Shown one piece after another: positions 35,870 to 49,435 of a DNA stretch of 64,000 nt. The notes beneath the pieces are model-generated. The model searched no databases. It saw only the letters and a list, made by a program, of their open reading frames with translations, and had not been told where the DNA came from. Position 1 is the first letter of the stretch; the number at the start of each line of letters is the position of its first letter. A program made the translations under genes and the position numbers. Source of the DNA: Macrostomum lignano (Eukaryota); assembly GCA_002269645.1 (NCBI GenBank), contig NIVC01001446.1, positions 124,001 to 188,000 of the forward strand, given 5' to 3'.

Positions 35870-38800
35870 CACCTAAAGAGAGAGCAGATGTGACACAAGC
35901 GCACACCTCAGAGAGAGCAGATGTGACACAAGCGCACACCTCAGAGAGAGCAGATGTGACACAAGCGCACACCTCAGAGAGAGCAGATGTGACACAAGCG
36001 CACACCTAAAGAGAGAGCAGATGTGACACAAGCGCACACCTCAGAGAGAGCAGATGTGACACAAGCTCACACCTAAAGAGAGAGCAGATGTGACACAAGC
36101 GCACACCTCAGAGAGAGCAGATGTGACACAAGCGCACACCTCAGAGAGAGCAGATGTGACACAAGCGCACACCTAAAGAGAGAGCAGATGTGACACAAGC
36201 GCACATTTAAAGAGAGAGCAGATGTGACACAAGCGCACACCTCAGAGAGAGCAGATGTGACACAAGCGCACACCTCAGAGAGAGCAGATGTGACACAAGC
36301 GCACACCTCAGAGAGAGCAGATGTGACACAAGCGCATATTTAAAGAGAGAGCAGATGTGACACAAGCGCACACCTCAGAGAGAGCAGATGTGACATAAGC
36401 GCACACCTCAGAGAGAGCAGATGTGACACAAGCGCACACCTAAAGAGAGAGCAGATGTGACACAAGCGCACACCTCAGAGAGAGCAGATGTGACATAAGC
36501 GCACACCTAAAGAGAGAGCAGATGTGACACAAGCGCACACCTCAGAGAGAGCAGATGTGACACAAGCGCATATTTAAAGAGAGAGCAGATGTGACACAAG
36601 CGCACACCTCAGAGAGAGCAGATGTGACACAAGCGCACACCTCAGAGAGAGCAGATGTGACACAAGCGCGCACCTAAAGAGAGAGCAGATGTGACACAAG
36701 CGCACACCTCAGAGAGAGCAGATGTGACACAAGCGCATATTTAAAGAGAGAGCAGATGTGACACAAGCGCACACCTAAAGAGAGAGCAGATGTGACACAA
36801 GCGCACACCTCAGAGAGAGCAGATGTGACACAAGCGCACACCTCAGAGAGAGCAGATGTGACACAAGCGCACACCTCAGAGAGAGCAGATGTGACACAAG
36901 CGCACACCTCAGAGAGAGCAGATGTGACACAAGCGCACACCTCAGAGAGAGCAGATGTGACACAAGCGCACACCTCAGAGAGAGCAGATGTGACACAAGC
37001 GCACACCTCAGAGAGAGCAGATGTGACACAAGCGCACACCTCAGAGAGAGCAGATGTGACACAAGCGCATATTTAAAGAGAGAGCAGATGTGACACAAGC
37101 GCACACCTAAAGAGAGAGCAGATGTGACACAAGCGCGCACCTAAAGAGAGAGCAGATGTGACACAAGCGCACACCTCAGAGAGAGCAGATGTGACACAAG
37201 CGCACACCTAAAGAGAGAGCAGATGTGACACAAGCGCACACCTCAGAGAGAGCAGATGTGACACAAGCGCACACCTAAAGAGAGAGCAGATGTGACACAA
37301 GCGCACACCTAAAGAGAGAGCAGATGTGACACAAGCGCATATTTAAAGAGAGAGCAGATGTGACACAAGCGCACACCTCAGAGAGAGCAGATGTGACACA
37401 AGCTCACACCTAAAGAGAGAGCAGATGTGACACAAGCGCACACCTCAGAGAGAGCAGATGTGACACAAGCGCACACCTCAGAGAGAGCAGATGTGACACA
37501 AGCGCACACCTAAAGAGAGAGCAGATGTGACACAAGCGCACACCTCAGAGAGAGCAGATGTGACACAAGCGCGCACCTAAAGAGAGAGCAGATGTGACAC
37601 AAGCGCACACCTCAGAGAGAGCAGATGTGACACAAGCGCACACCTCAGAGAGAGCAGATGTGACACAAGCGCACACCTAAAGAGAGAGCAGATGTGACAC
37701 AAGCGCACACCTAAAGAGAGAGCAGATGTGACACAAGCGCACACCTCAGAGAGAGCAGATGTGACACAAGCGCATATTTAAAGAGAGAGCAGATGTGACA
37801 CAAGCGCACACCTCAGAGAGAGCAGATGTGACACAAGCGCATATTTAAAGAGAGAGCAGATGTGACACAAGCGCACACCTAAAGAGAGAGCAGATGTGAC
37901 ACAAGCGCACACCTCAGAGAGAGCAGATGTGACACAAGCGCGCACCTAAAGAGAGAGCAGATGTGACACAAGCGCACACCTCAGAGAGAGCAGATGTGAC
38001 ACAAGCGCACACCTCAGAGAGAGCAGATGTGACACAAGCGCACACCTCAGAGAGAGCAGATGTGACACAAGCGCACACCTCAGAGAGAGCAGATGTGACA
38101 CAAGCGCGCACCTAAAGAGAGAGCAGATGTGACACAAGCGCACACCTCAGAGAGAGCAGATGTGACACAAGCGCACACCTCAGAGAGAGCAGATGTGACA
38201 CAAGCGCACACCTCAGAGAGAGCAGATGTGACACAAGCGCACACCTCAGAGAGAGCAGATGTGACACAAGCGCACACCTCAGAGAGAGCAGATGTGACAC
38301 AAGCGCACACCTCAGAGAGAGCAGATGTGACACAAGCGCATATTTAAAGAGAGAGCAGATGTGACACAAGCGCACACCTCAGAGAGAGCAGATGTGACAC
38401 AAGCGCACACCTCAGAGAGAGCAGATGTGACACAAGCGCCACCTCAGAGAGAGCAGATGTGACACAAGCGCATATTTAAAGAGAGAGCAGATGTGACACA
38501 AGCGCATATTTAAAGAGAGAGCAGATGTGACACAAGCGCACACCTAAAGAGAGAGCAGATGTGACACAAGCGCACACCTCAGAGAGAGCAGATGTGACAC
38601 AAGCGCACACCTCAGAGAGAGCAGATGTGACACAAGCGCACACCTCAGAGAGAGCAGATGTGACACAAGCGCACACCTCAGAGAGAGCAGATGTGACACA
38701 AGCGCACACCTCAGAGAGAGCAGATGTGACACAAGCGCACACCTCAGAGAGAGCAGATGTGACACAAGCGCACACCTCAGAGAGAGCAGATGTGACACAA

Positions 38801-39180
38801 GCGCACACCTAAAGAGAGAGCAGATGTGACACAAGTGCACACCTCAGAGAGAGCAGATGTGACACAAGCGCGCACCTAAAGAGAGAGCAGATGTGACACA
38901 AGCGCACACCTCAGAGAGAGCAGATGTGACACAAGCGCACACCTCAGAGAGAGCAGATGTGACACAAGCGCACACCTCAGAGAGAGCAGATGTGACACAA
39001 GCGCACACCTCAGAGAGAGCAGATGTGACACAAGCGCACACCTCAGAGAGAGCAGATGTGACACAAGCGCACACCTCAGAGAGAGCAGATGTGACACAAG
39101 CGCACACCTCAGAGAGAGCAGATGTGACACAAGCGCACACCTCAGAGAGAGCAGATGTGACACAAGCGCACACCTAAAGA
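35870..39180. repeat. 33-bp minisatellite GAGAGAGCAGATGTGACACAAGCGCACACCTCA, about 100 copies
   Basis: Largest array in the window; CCTAAA and TATTTAAA variant units. Confidence 0.97.
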
Positions 39181-39829
39181 GAGATACATGGCTGCCAAAA
39201 AAAATCACTTTGACGCAATATCCGGTCGCATTATCAGTCTGCTACTCGTCCAAATCAAGGTTCTGTTGAAGTCAGCCTCCGTAACATGTAGTTGCAGCAC
39301 ACACAACAGTCTTCTGTGTCTCTACGCAAAAGAAAAACGCCTCTAATTAGTGATTTTATATTCATATAGTACTCGCAGTTGCATTTTACCTTTGGTTAAA
39401 ATTAAGCCAAGAGAATTTGAGCCGGTCAAAGCCCCCCAGAGCCAGTGAAATGAAATGAAAACCCACGGAGCCGGTCGTTCGTTTCGATTTACTGTTTATT
39501 TTGCTTGCCGGATTAGAAAAAATGAATTCGCCAAGGACTTGCTTATAGCTGCCTACCTCCCGGTTCCACTGAGCAAACAGGTAAAATGTTTTTTAAGCAA
39601 GTAGTCGATTTTTTGGTCACTGCATGAGCTGTCTTATTCTGTGATGCAGATATAGGTATACAATTATTTATTAACCATTGTAATAGAAAATGTGGAAACT
39701 CTTGAAACGGAAATCCGCGACTGAAATAATTTTTTTTGCATTTAGTGGACAAATTAGACTCTGGTAAGACATAGCAGAAAACTTTGAGTACTAAAGTTTT
39801 AAGGATCAGGCATCCTAGACTGAACAAAG

Positions 39830-40440
39830 ACCAGGTGTGTCCTTGACTATGAACAAAAATCAGTGTGTGTCCTTGACTATGAACAAAGATCAGGTGTGTC
39901 CTTGACTGTGAATAAAGATTAGGTGTGTCCTAACTTGATTACGAACAAAGATCAGGTGTGTCCTTAATTGACTGTGAAAAAAGATCTGTGTGTGTCCTTG
40001 ACTATGAACAAAGATCAGTGTGTCCTTGACTATGAACAAAGATCAGTGTGTCCTTGACTATGAACAAAGATTAGGTGTGTCTTAACTTGATTACGAACAA
40101 AGATCAGGTGTGTCCTTGACTGTGAATAAAGATTAGGTGTGTCCTTGACTGTGAACAAAGATCAGGTGTGTCCTTGACTGTGAACAAAGATCAGGTGTGT
40201 CCTTGACTATGAACAAGGATCAGGTGTGTCCTTGACTGTGAACAAAGATCAGGTGTGTCCTTGACTGTGAACAAAGATCAGGTGTGTCCTTGACTATGAA
40301 CAAGGATCAGGTGTGTCCTTGACAATGAACAAAGATCAGTGTGTACTTGCCTGTGAACAAAAAGACCAGGTATGATCTTAATTATGAACAAAGATCTGTG
40401 TGTCCTTGATTAATTGACTATGAAAATGATCAGGTGTGTC
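39830..40440. repeat. 29-bp minisatellite GAACAAAGATCAGGTGTGTCCTTGACT(A/G)T, about 20 copies
   Basis: Visible tandem units. Confidence 0.92.
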
Positions 40441-41498
40441 CTTTTCCTCAAAAACCCGAGCCTCAAACCAAGTCTGTGTTGCAACAAACACAGAGACAAT
40501 CAGTAAGCAATGAGGCCTGCAAGTCCGCTTCTCCCTAGGATGCAAGCTCCCTCTTCCTAATCTCTCGTCATTAGCCAAAGCTTCGTACCCCATTCCCAAT
40601 TGAATTCTCGTCTTCAGTCACCTCCCGAGGCCCCCGCAGGCAAATGAGATCAGTTGTACTCATTTCCACAATTCTACTCCAGTTTCACAGGCCCAGACTG
40701 CTTGGATGGTGGGTCAAATAGGCAGAGCAACTCTGCTTTTTTCTTGGCCTAATCACGTCTTCCAGCCTGCAGCTCCGGTTGCGAGGCCGCGGGCACGGCG
40801 GTTGGGAAATTACAATTGGCAATTCGCTGCAGCAGCTACCGAAGCCAACTGCATTGTGCGGCCTTGGCTTCCTGCGCCCGGCCTCTCGGTCACTGGGCAC
40901 GGCGGGGTTCTTTCTGCCGTCTCTTTTCTGCTGTTCTGCTTTGTGCTTTCTCTTCTGCTTGCCCGTGAGTGCCTGCTTGTTCTGTCTGACTTCTTACCCC
41001 AATCCGTCTGTCTGTCTGTCTGTCTGTCTGTCTGTATCCTGATAATAGCTGTCTGCATTCCTGAGAGACGCAGCCAGTCCCCGGAAGCCAAGCGAGTCCC
41101 CAACCGGGAGTCAAAGCGGCAGGCAGTTAGTGCAGTTTCCCGATCAGCTGCGAGTTTCAGTCAAGCCTTTCACAGCGCAGCCTTGCGCTTGCCTGAATGA
41201 GTCGCAGCTGGTTGGATGCCGGCGTAACTGAAGTGCATCTGCTAAAGAAAGCTTTTCCATGGAGAAGAAACTCAATCAGAAAGTTTCACTGTAGCTGCTC
41301 TGTCACTTACTCACTGCAACTCTCACGACGACAGCATTGAAACCGAAGCTCAGCCTGCTCAATCTTCCCTTGTTGTGCTCAAACCAATTCATTCTTCTGT
41401 CTGATCTGCCATGCGAGACTTGACCCGCAAGGACTTCCTTTTCACCAATGAATGAATAGAAAAATTCCAACCCAGAGTTTAGGTATGCAGGTACGAAG

Positions 41499-41504
41499 TT
41501 TATT
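41499..41504 (-). terminator. Putative polyadenylation signal of the GPCR gene
   Basis: AATAAA about 570 nt after the stop, just past the microsatellite. Confidence 0.4.
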
Positions 41505-41579
41505 GTAAAAAGGAACTGCAGTTTTTGCGGAGTTTAAATTGTTTTATGTAGACAGTGCTGCGGCTATTTCTGCTTTGAG

Positions 41580-41599
41580 GTCAGTCAGTCAGTCAGTCA

Positions 41600-41637
<38 letters not shown>

Positions 41638-41655
41638 AAGTAAGTCAGTCAGTCA

Positions 41656-41706
<51 letters not shown>

Positions 41707-42086
41707 AGGCAGGCAGGCAGTCAGACAGACAGGCAGTCAGTCAGTCAGTCAGGCAGTCAGTCAGTCAGTCAGTCAGGCAGTCAGGCAGTCAGGCAGTCAG
41801 TCAGTCAGGCAGTCAGTCAGTCAGTCAGGCAGTCAGTCAGTCAGTCAGTCAGTCAGTCAGTCAGTCAGTCAGTCAGTCAGTCAGGCAGTCAGGCAGTCAG
41901 TCAGTCAGTCAGTCAGTCAGGCAGTCAGTCAGTCAGTCAGGCAGGCAGGCAGGCAGTCAGGCAGTCAGTCAGTCAGTCAGGCAGTCAGGCAGGCAGGCAG
42001 TCAGGCAGGCAGGCAGGCAGGCAGGCAGTCAGTCAGTCAGTCAGTCAGTCAGTCAGTCAGTCAGTCAGTCAGTCAGTCAGTCAGTC
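41580..42086. repeat. (CAGT)n/(CAGG)n microsatellite
   Basis: Overlaps the last GPCR codons. Confidence 0.96.
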
Positions 42087-42426
42087 GCAACGGTTGCATC
42101 TCAAGGTTCTCCCGCCGGCTACCGTCGGCGTGGACAATCGAGTTCAGGCCCGCCTGGCCCCGCGCAGGCCCTGGTCGCCGCCGCCACAGGCAAAGGAGGT
42201 CCCGCAGTCCTTGGCGAAACCGCTTGCCAATGAGACAGTAGAGAACGAAGTTCAGGCAGGAGTTGATGAGGACCAGGAAGTTGGTGGCCGCAATCGCCAG
42301 CTGAGCTGCGTATCGCTCGCCCAAGGCGGAATCACCCAGCACGTCCACGGTGGTCAGGATGACGTTGGGCAGCATGAACAGGTAAAAACTCAGCACTATC
42401 GCCATCGAAACGAAGGTTAATTGCAC
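42073..42426 (-). CDS. Class A peptide GPCR (FMRFamide-receptor-like), exon 2 (TM6-TM7, helix 8)
   Basis: LTFVSMAIVLSFYLFMLPN, NSCLNFVLYCLIGKRFR. Acceptor GACAG|GTG, phase 0. Confidence 0.88.
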   Translation of the reverse strand: MQLTFVSMAIVLSFYLFMLPNVILTTVDVLGDSALGERYAAQLAIAATNFLVLINSCLNFVLYCLIGKRFRQGLRDLLCLWRRRPGPARGQAGLNSIVHADGSRRENLEMQPLRLTD

Positions 42427-42471
42427 CTGTCAGTTGGGGAGTTGGTGCTTTTGACAGATTGACATAATTAG

Positions 42472-43495
42472 CCACCTCACTCCCCAACCACCTCACTCCC
42501 CAATCACTTCACTCCCCAACCACCTCACTCCCCAACCACCTCACTCCCCAACCACCTCACTCCCCAGTCACTTCACTCCCCAACCACCTCACTCCCCAAC
42601 CACCTCACTCCCCAACCACCTCACTCCCCAACCACCTCACTCCCCAACCACCTCACTCCCCAATCACCTCACTCCCCAACCACCTCACTCCCCAACCACC
42701 TCACTCCCCAGTCACTTCACTCCCCAACCACCTCACTCCCCAACCACCTCACTCCCCAACCACCTCACTCCCCAGTCACTTCACTCCCCAAACACCTCAC
42801 TCCCCAACCACCTCACTCCCCAACCACCTCACTCCCCAGTCACTTCACTCCCCAAACACCTCACTCCCCAACCACCTCACTCCCCAACCACCTCACTCCC
42901 CAGTCACTTCACTCCCCAAACACCTCACTCCCCAACCACCTCACTCCCCAGTCACTTCACTCCCCAAACACCTCACTCCCCAATCACCTCACTCCCCAAC
43001 CACCTCACTCCCCAGTCACTTCACTCCCCAAACACCTCACTCCCCAACCACCTCACTCCCCAACCACCTCACTCCCCAGTCACTTCACTCCCCAAACACC
43101 TCACTCCCCAACCACCTCACTCCCCAACCACCTCACTCCCCAGTCACTTCACTCCCCAAACACCTCACTCCCCAATCACCTCACTCCCCAATCACCTCAC
43201 TCCCCAATCACCTCACTCCCCAGTCACTTCACTCCCCAATCACCTCACTCCCCAGTCACCTCACTCCCCAGTCACCTCACTCCCCAACCACCTCACTCCC
43301 CAGTCACCTCACTCCCCAACCTCCCCAGTCACCTGACTCACCAGTCACCGCACTCTTCAGTCACCTCACTCCCCAACCACCTCACTCCCCAACCACCTCA
43401 CTCCCCAGTCACCTCACTCCGAAACCACCTCACTCCCCAGTCACCTCACTCTGCAACCACCTCACTCCCCAGCCACCTCACTCCCCAGCCAGAAG
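42472..43495. repeat. 16-bp intronic minisatellite CACCTCACTCCCCAAC, about 63 copies
   Basis: Lies in GPCR intron 42427-44885; G-rich on the transcribed strand. Confidence 0.95.
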
Positions 43496-44475
43496 TTCAG
43501 CCAGCAGTTCAGCATTCTCAGGAAGGAATTCAATTGAGCCAACTTGCTCAGCAGCATCACGGAACCGTTGCATGCGCCGACACATTAGCAAATAAACTTT
43601 CCTCGTCAAGTTTTGTTTAGCAAAAAATTCACCCATGCAAAAGCTGAATGCAGATTACTTCCCCCATGCGCCGGCATCCTATCAGGCAGTTTAGCTTCGC
43701 GCGCAAAGCACTCAGTAGAATCAAGCCCGCCCAGTTTCAAGTGGGTGGAGTTGGTAGAAAAGAATTAAAAAGTCCGGAGAAAGACTTGGGACCTTCCCCG
43801 TCTCTATCGCTCCTCAATCTCTCCCCCCTCACTCCCCCTCTCGAGTCTCTCAAGTCTGAAGGATTTGCGGCCCCCTCGGCGTGCTTTTTGGTTCCTCCCG
43901 ACTTATTCTGGATTAGGGCCGTGGGAACTGGGATTGGGAGTACTTAATCCACTAATCCAGGACTGTGCAGCCTTCATTTTCAGTTGCTAAGCGCTAACAA
44001 GACAGAGCCGAGGTGACGTTCGCTGTCAGTTTCCGATCAGTTGAGAAAAAACTTTTTAACTGAAATCGAGTTCTTACTGGAACCCGTCAGACAGGGGGGC
44101 TGTCTGACCCCTTCAAGTCAGGTTAACCTAGATTCCCGGAGATCGCCTCCGCTGATACGCCCCGTAACTGATTTAAAAGGACAGCTTATCAAGCAGCGTA
44201 AGGCCTTCCATGCGAGCTAATGGGACAAGGACTTCAGAGAAAAAACAAACTATTCTTCCTTAGGCGGATGAACAACCTTCGGACCGATGGACGACCAAAC
44301 AAACAAACAAACACGTCTGACTCTCGCGCCGCTTCCTGCCTGGGGGGGGGTCTGTCGTGCGATTCTCATCCGCGAGGGCCAACCACCAAGGCACAGAGAC
44401 TGTACATGCCTGATGATTAGAAAGCCGGGACCGCTGTGCACCCTGAGTGAGCGTGTGAACAAGTGCGTGCTAATG

Positions 44476-44753
44476 GGATTTTAGCCTAGTGGTTAGAGCG
44501 TCGGACTCGCGACTTGAAGGTCGGGGGTTCGTTTCCCGATCCCACTCTCCATTGCTTCAGTTCACTCAGCTGTAAAATGGGTGCCAGCATTAGCTGGGGT
44601 AATTGAGGCTGTGTGGCGACCCCCCAGTCTTTGGACTGAACAGCCGTACGCAGACTTCAGATGCGCCGCGCAATAGCTGCGGCTGAGCTGTCGGTTGCAC
44701 ATCTGGGTCAATTAGGGCAGGTGTAATCAACTATTATTATTATCATTATTATT
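44476..44753 (+). mobile_element. tRNA-derived CORE-like SINE, copy 2 (internal deletion)
   Basis: A box TAGCCTAGTGG and B box GGTTCGTTTCC. Body nearly identical to copy 1 but lacks about 30 nt of the core's 5' part. (ATT)n tail. Antisense within the GPCR intron. Confidence 0.85.
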
Positions 44754-44885
44754 ACCGCTAGCTGTGGGACGTCTATCAGACAGACAAGCCGACAGTAAAC
44801 ACGCAAAAAACCCAAACGTTTCATAACAATAAACAGTAAACAGAAAACAAAAAACAATCATGCAAACAGATTCCGCCAGACCAAC

Positions 44886-45851
44886 CTCTTTCTCCTGGTT
44901 TCTGCCGGCACTTCGCCATGCTTTGATGTTCCGCCTCAGGCAGACTGCGATTCTCACATTGGAGGCGGTGATCGCGGCGACCGGGACAACGAAGTAGAAG
45001 ATCGTGTACATCACGCCGGTGTACGCGATCTCGTACAGGCCGGTTGCCGTGTCGTTGCCATGCCGTAGCCAGTCCGCAGGTTTATAAGTGAATTTGTAGG
45101 GCCTGCAACTGGCCGGGCTGCCCGTCTCATTGACCGAGTGGTAGCAGCCGAACAGGCTCAGCGACCGCCGCATCAGCAGCTGCTTCTGCTTCTCGTCCGC
45201 CTGCAGCTCCTCGCCAACCTCGCAGGTGTCAACAACCAGCTCGAAGTACTTCGGCGCATTGTAGATGCCGCTGAACAGCAGCACCAGGCCGATGTTGCGC
45301 AGCACCGACCGACTGGACGGCGGCTCGGCGTTTGCGCCGCGGGCGACGGACAACGGACGGCAGACGGCGTTGTAGCGCTCGAACGACACCAGCAGCGTGA
45401 TGTAGATGGAGGCCATCTGCATGGTGTAGCACACGGGCATGACGTACTTCACCGCGTAGCCGTGGGTCAGGTACAGGTCGTACAGCAGCCGGCTGCCCAC
45501 CTGGTGGTACTCGTAGAAAACACCAAGCACGTTGATGAGGAAATTGCCCAGGATGAAGACGGCGTCCACGAGGCAAAGGGCGGAGAGGATGGTGAACAGC
45601 GGGCAGCGGCGCGGCCGGCTGGCTCGCTGGAGGACCACGAAGGACAGCGCGTTGCCGATGATGCCCAGGATGGAGACGAAGCCAGTCAGGTAGAAGGCGA
45701 GCACCGTGGTGGCCAGCTGGAAGCCCAGGTGACCATCGGCTGGAAACGCCGGGCTGACCGAGTCCTCCAGTTCGGCTTCCGCCGCAGGCGAGGACGCCAT
45801 GTTGATGGCGAGCTCGTCAACGTTCGATGAGATGACAGTGGCTGAGGACAT
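44886..45851 (-). CDS. Class A peptide GPCR (FMRFamide-receptor-like), exon 1 (TM1-TM5)
   Basis: GIIGNALSFVVL (TM1), LCLVD (TM2), SIYITLLVSFERYNAVCRP (TM3), FSGIYNAPKYFE (TM4), YTIFYFVVPV (TM5). Donor GAG|GTTGGT after NQEKE. Spliced protein is 439 aa. Confidence 0.92.
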
Positions 45852-45886
45852 GGCGTGGGCGCTGCGGGCGGGAGCCGTGAGGGACT

Positions 45887-46210
<324 letters not shown>

Positions 46211-47224
46211 CACCTGATTTCTGGCTACAGGAAGATGTCTCCAGTCCTCAGATGCAGTGAGTTTCCAGATGGGCTAGATTGCTAGTTAGTCAGGCTTGAG
46301 TCAAACCTTGCTCAAACGTGGCTCTTTCAGAGGGTTAAAGAAGGGAAAAGCAGGCCAGTCATTGGCTGAGGCCCGCACAAATCCTCTCGGGTCTCGGAAG
46401 CTCCAATAGGGGAAATCGACGAGCGGCCATCGCAGGAGAAATGAAAATAGTTTTTGTCAAAAAATAGAAAAAAACAATGCAAATATTTCTAAAAATGTGA
46501 CTTTGTAGAAAAGATCTCAGCGAACAAAATGAGCTTCACAAGCCGGCTACAAGTTTGGTTCGCAGTGAAATATCAAAAATAGCTACGGAATTTTCCCATT
46601 TGAAGACAAAAGCTTTGGTGGAAGGGCGAAGCGCCTTTATTATGTTATTCTATATATTTATTTATAGTCAGCGGGTTAGCAACAGTGATGCCGAGAACTT
46701 AATAAAGAGCAGGGAGCGGACGCTGCTGTCTTTTTGCCTGCACGCACGAAAACTCCGTTGGGAAGCAATCACACGGAAGAGAGCCGCCTTGAGCTGCTGA
46801 CAGAATCTATCCTCACTCAAGCCAGACTCACACAGCCTTCTCTGCACTTCGACGGCATCAATCTATCAGCCCCATGATATATCCCCCATGCAATACCTTC
46901 TTTACTAAGTTGAGCTCAGCGATGCATGGTATAGGCTGGCCGGGCCTGCTGCGTGGCAACAGAGAGTGCTGCTCATATGTATTTATACTGCTCAATTAAA
47001 CTAATCCGCTTCTGTCGGAACTGATAAGAAACTGAGTTAAGAATATGACTGAGCGACAGGCGTGCTGTGATGTGGGACATCAGTAAACCAAAATATGCAA
47101 CATTTTGAACCGAAATTAACTTAGAATTCTCAGATCAGTGGCCCTTCAATTTGCAATATCGAGTGTTACGCCATCAATCTCTAAGAACAGATTCAGTGCG
47201 CACAAATCAGTCATTAAAACAGAT

Positions 47225-48375
47225 ATTATCAAAGATCAATAGCGCCGCCGCCACTGCTATCATCAAAGATCAATAGCGCCGCCCCCACTGATATCATCAA
47301 AGATCAATAGCGCCGCCGCCACTGCTATCATCAAAGATCAATAGCGCCGCCCCCACTGATATCATCAAAGATCAATAGCGCCGCCCCCACTGATATCATC
47401 AAAGATCAATAGCGCCGCCCCCACTGCTATCATCAAAGATCAATAGCGCCGCCGCCACTGCTATCATCAAAGATCAATAGCGCCGCCCCCACTGCTATCA
47501 TCAAAGATCAATAGCGCCGCCGCCACTGCCACCATCAAAGATAATAGCGCCGCCCCCACTGCTATCATTAAAGATCAATAGCGCCGCCCCCACTGCTATC
47601 ATCAAAGATCAATAGCGCCGCCCCCACTGCTATCATCAAAGATCAATAGCGCCGCCCCCACTGCAGTTATCAAATATCAATAGCGCCGCCCCCACTGCTA
47701 TCATCAAAGATCAATAGCGCCGCCGCCACTGCCACCATCAAAGATCAATAGCGCCGCCCCCACTGCTATCATTAAAGATCAATAGCGCCGCCCCCACTGC
47801 CATCATCAAAGATCAATAGCGCCGCCCCCAATGCCATCATCAAAGATCAATAGCGCCGCCCCCACTGCTATCATTAAAGATCAATAGCGCCCCCACTGCC
47901 ATCATCAAAGATCAATAGCGCCGCCCCCACTGCTATCATTAAAGATCAATAGCGCCGCCCCCACTGCCATCATCAAAGATCAATAGCGCCGCCACTGCCA
48001 TCATCAAAGATCAATAGCGCCGCCCCCAATGCCATCATCAAAGATCAATAGCGCCGCCCCCACTGCTATCATTAAAGATCAATAGCGCCCCCACTGCTAT
48101 CATCAAAGATCAATAGCGCCGCCCCCACTGCTATCATCAAAGGTCAATAGAGCTACCGCTGCCATCATCAAAGATCAATAGCGCCGCCACTGCTATCATC
48201 AAAGATCAATAGCGCCGCCCCCACTGCTATCATCAAAGATCAATAGCGCCGCCACTGCTATCATCAAAGATCAATAGCGCCGCCCCCACTGCTATCATCA
48301 AAGATCAATAGCGCCGCCAATGCCATCATCAAAGATCAATAGCGCCGCCACTGCCATCATCAAAGGTCAATAGAG
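47225..48375. repeat. 34-bp minisatellite CATCAAAGATCAATAGCGCCGCCCCCACTGCTAT, about 34 copies
   Basis: Visible; shorter deletion variants toward the 3' end. Confidence 0.95.
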
Positions 48376-49007
48376 CTACCACTTCTGTTAATAAAGTTCA
48401 ATAGAATAGCCACACTATATCAATAATTTCTATTAACCATTTATTCTACCATTAGGCCAGAGACTCAAAAGACTCAAATCTCAAATCTGCCGAGGATCGG
48501 AGAAGTCGGATTGGGAACAATAGGTGAAAAATCAGAAACCTGACACGAGCGGCTCGCAGCCACGCCCAGCTCAGCGGATCACGCAGACCAGCTCAGAACG
48601 GATTTCACTTGAAACCCATGCAGCTCAGCAAGTGAGCGAGAGCCGTCTCTAACTTCAATGCAATTCAACTGGCAAGTCACTGCGCTCCTCCTCAGCTGTC
48701 AATCACATTTTCTTAGCGCACCAGAAGCAGCAGCTGGAGAGCAGAAAGGAAGCTAACGAAAAATGAGAGAGACACTGCAAGGATCACGTGCTTATCGCTG
48801 TCTTAGAAGCGTTGAAAATGATATTCAAAGAGAGTATCTCCGATCTCCGATAGTGCATGCAGTAATATTATTACTATGTACTGATACTGTATCCACAAAT
48901 ATTTTTATGTAGAAAGTTGAAATTTTACGGTCGTCATTGAGTTCCACGAAGCAATAGTTCCACGGTAGATGAGAAAGCTGGAGCAAGAAGAAAGGCAGGT
49001 GCAGAGT

Positions 49008-49435
49008 GACAGAGAATGACAGAGAGTGACAGAGAGCGACAGAGAGCGACAGAGAGCGACAGGAGGCGACAGAGACAGGCGGGAGAGCGACAGAGAGCAA
49101 AAAACAGCGGCAGAGAGCGACAGAGAGCGACAGAGATCGACAGAGAGCGACAGAGAGCGACAGAGAGCGATAGAGAGCGACAGAGAGCGACAGAGAGCGA
49201 TAGAGAGCGACAGAGAGCGACAGAGAGCGATAGAGAGCGACAGAGAGCGATAGAGAGCGACAGAGAGCGACAGAGAGCGACAGAGAGCGATAGAGAGCGA
49301 CAGAGAGCGATAGAGAGCGACAGAGAGCGATAGAGAGCGACAGAGAGCGACAGAGAGCGACAGAGAGCGATAGAGAGCGACAGAGGGCGACAGAGAGTGA
49401 CAGAGAGCGACAGAGACCGACAGAGACCAACAGGC
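49008..49435. repeat. 10-bp repeat (GACAGAGAGC)n
   Basis: Visible. Confidence 0.93.

Noticed and set aside
44086-44108. Perfect 9-bp hairpin GTCAGACAG-GGGGG-CTGTCTGAC
   Set aside because: Isolated stem with no partner structure, T-run or second copy in the window.
44475-44545. tRNA gene (also 26745-26816)
   Set aside because: Anticodon and T stems are degenerate, the would-be anticodon differs between copies (CGC vs CAC), and both continue into a shared 200-nt body, so these are SINE heads.
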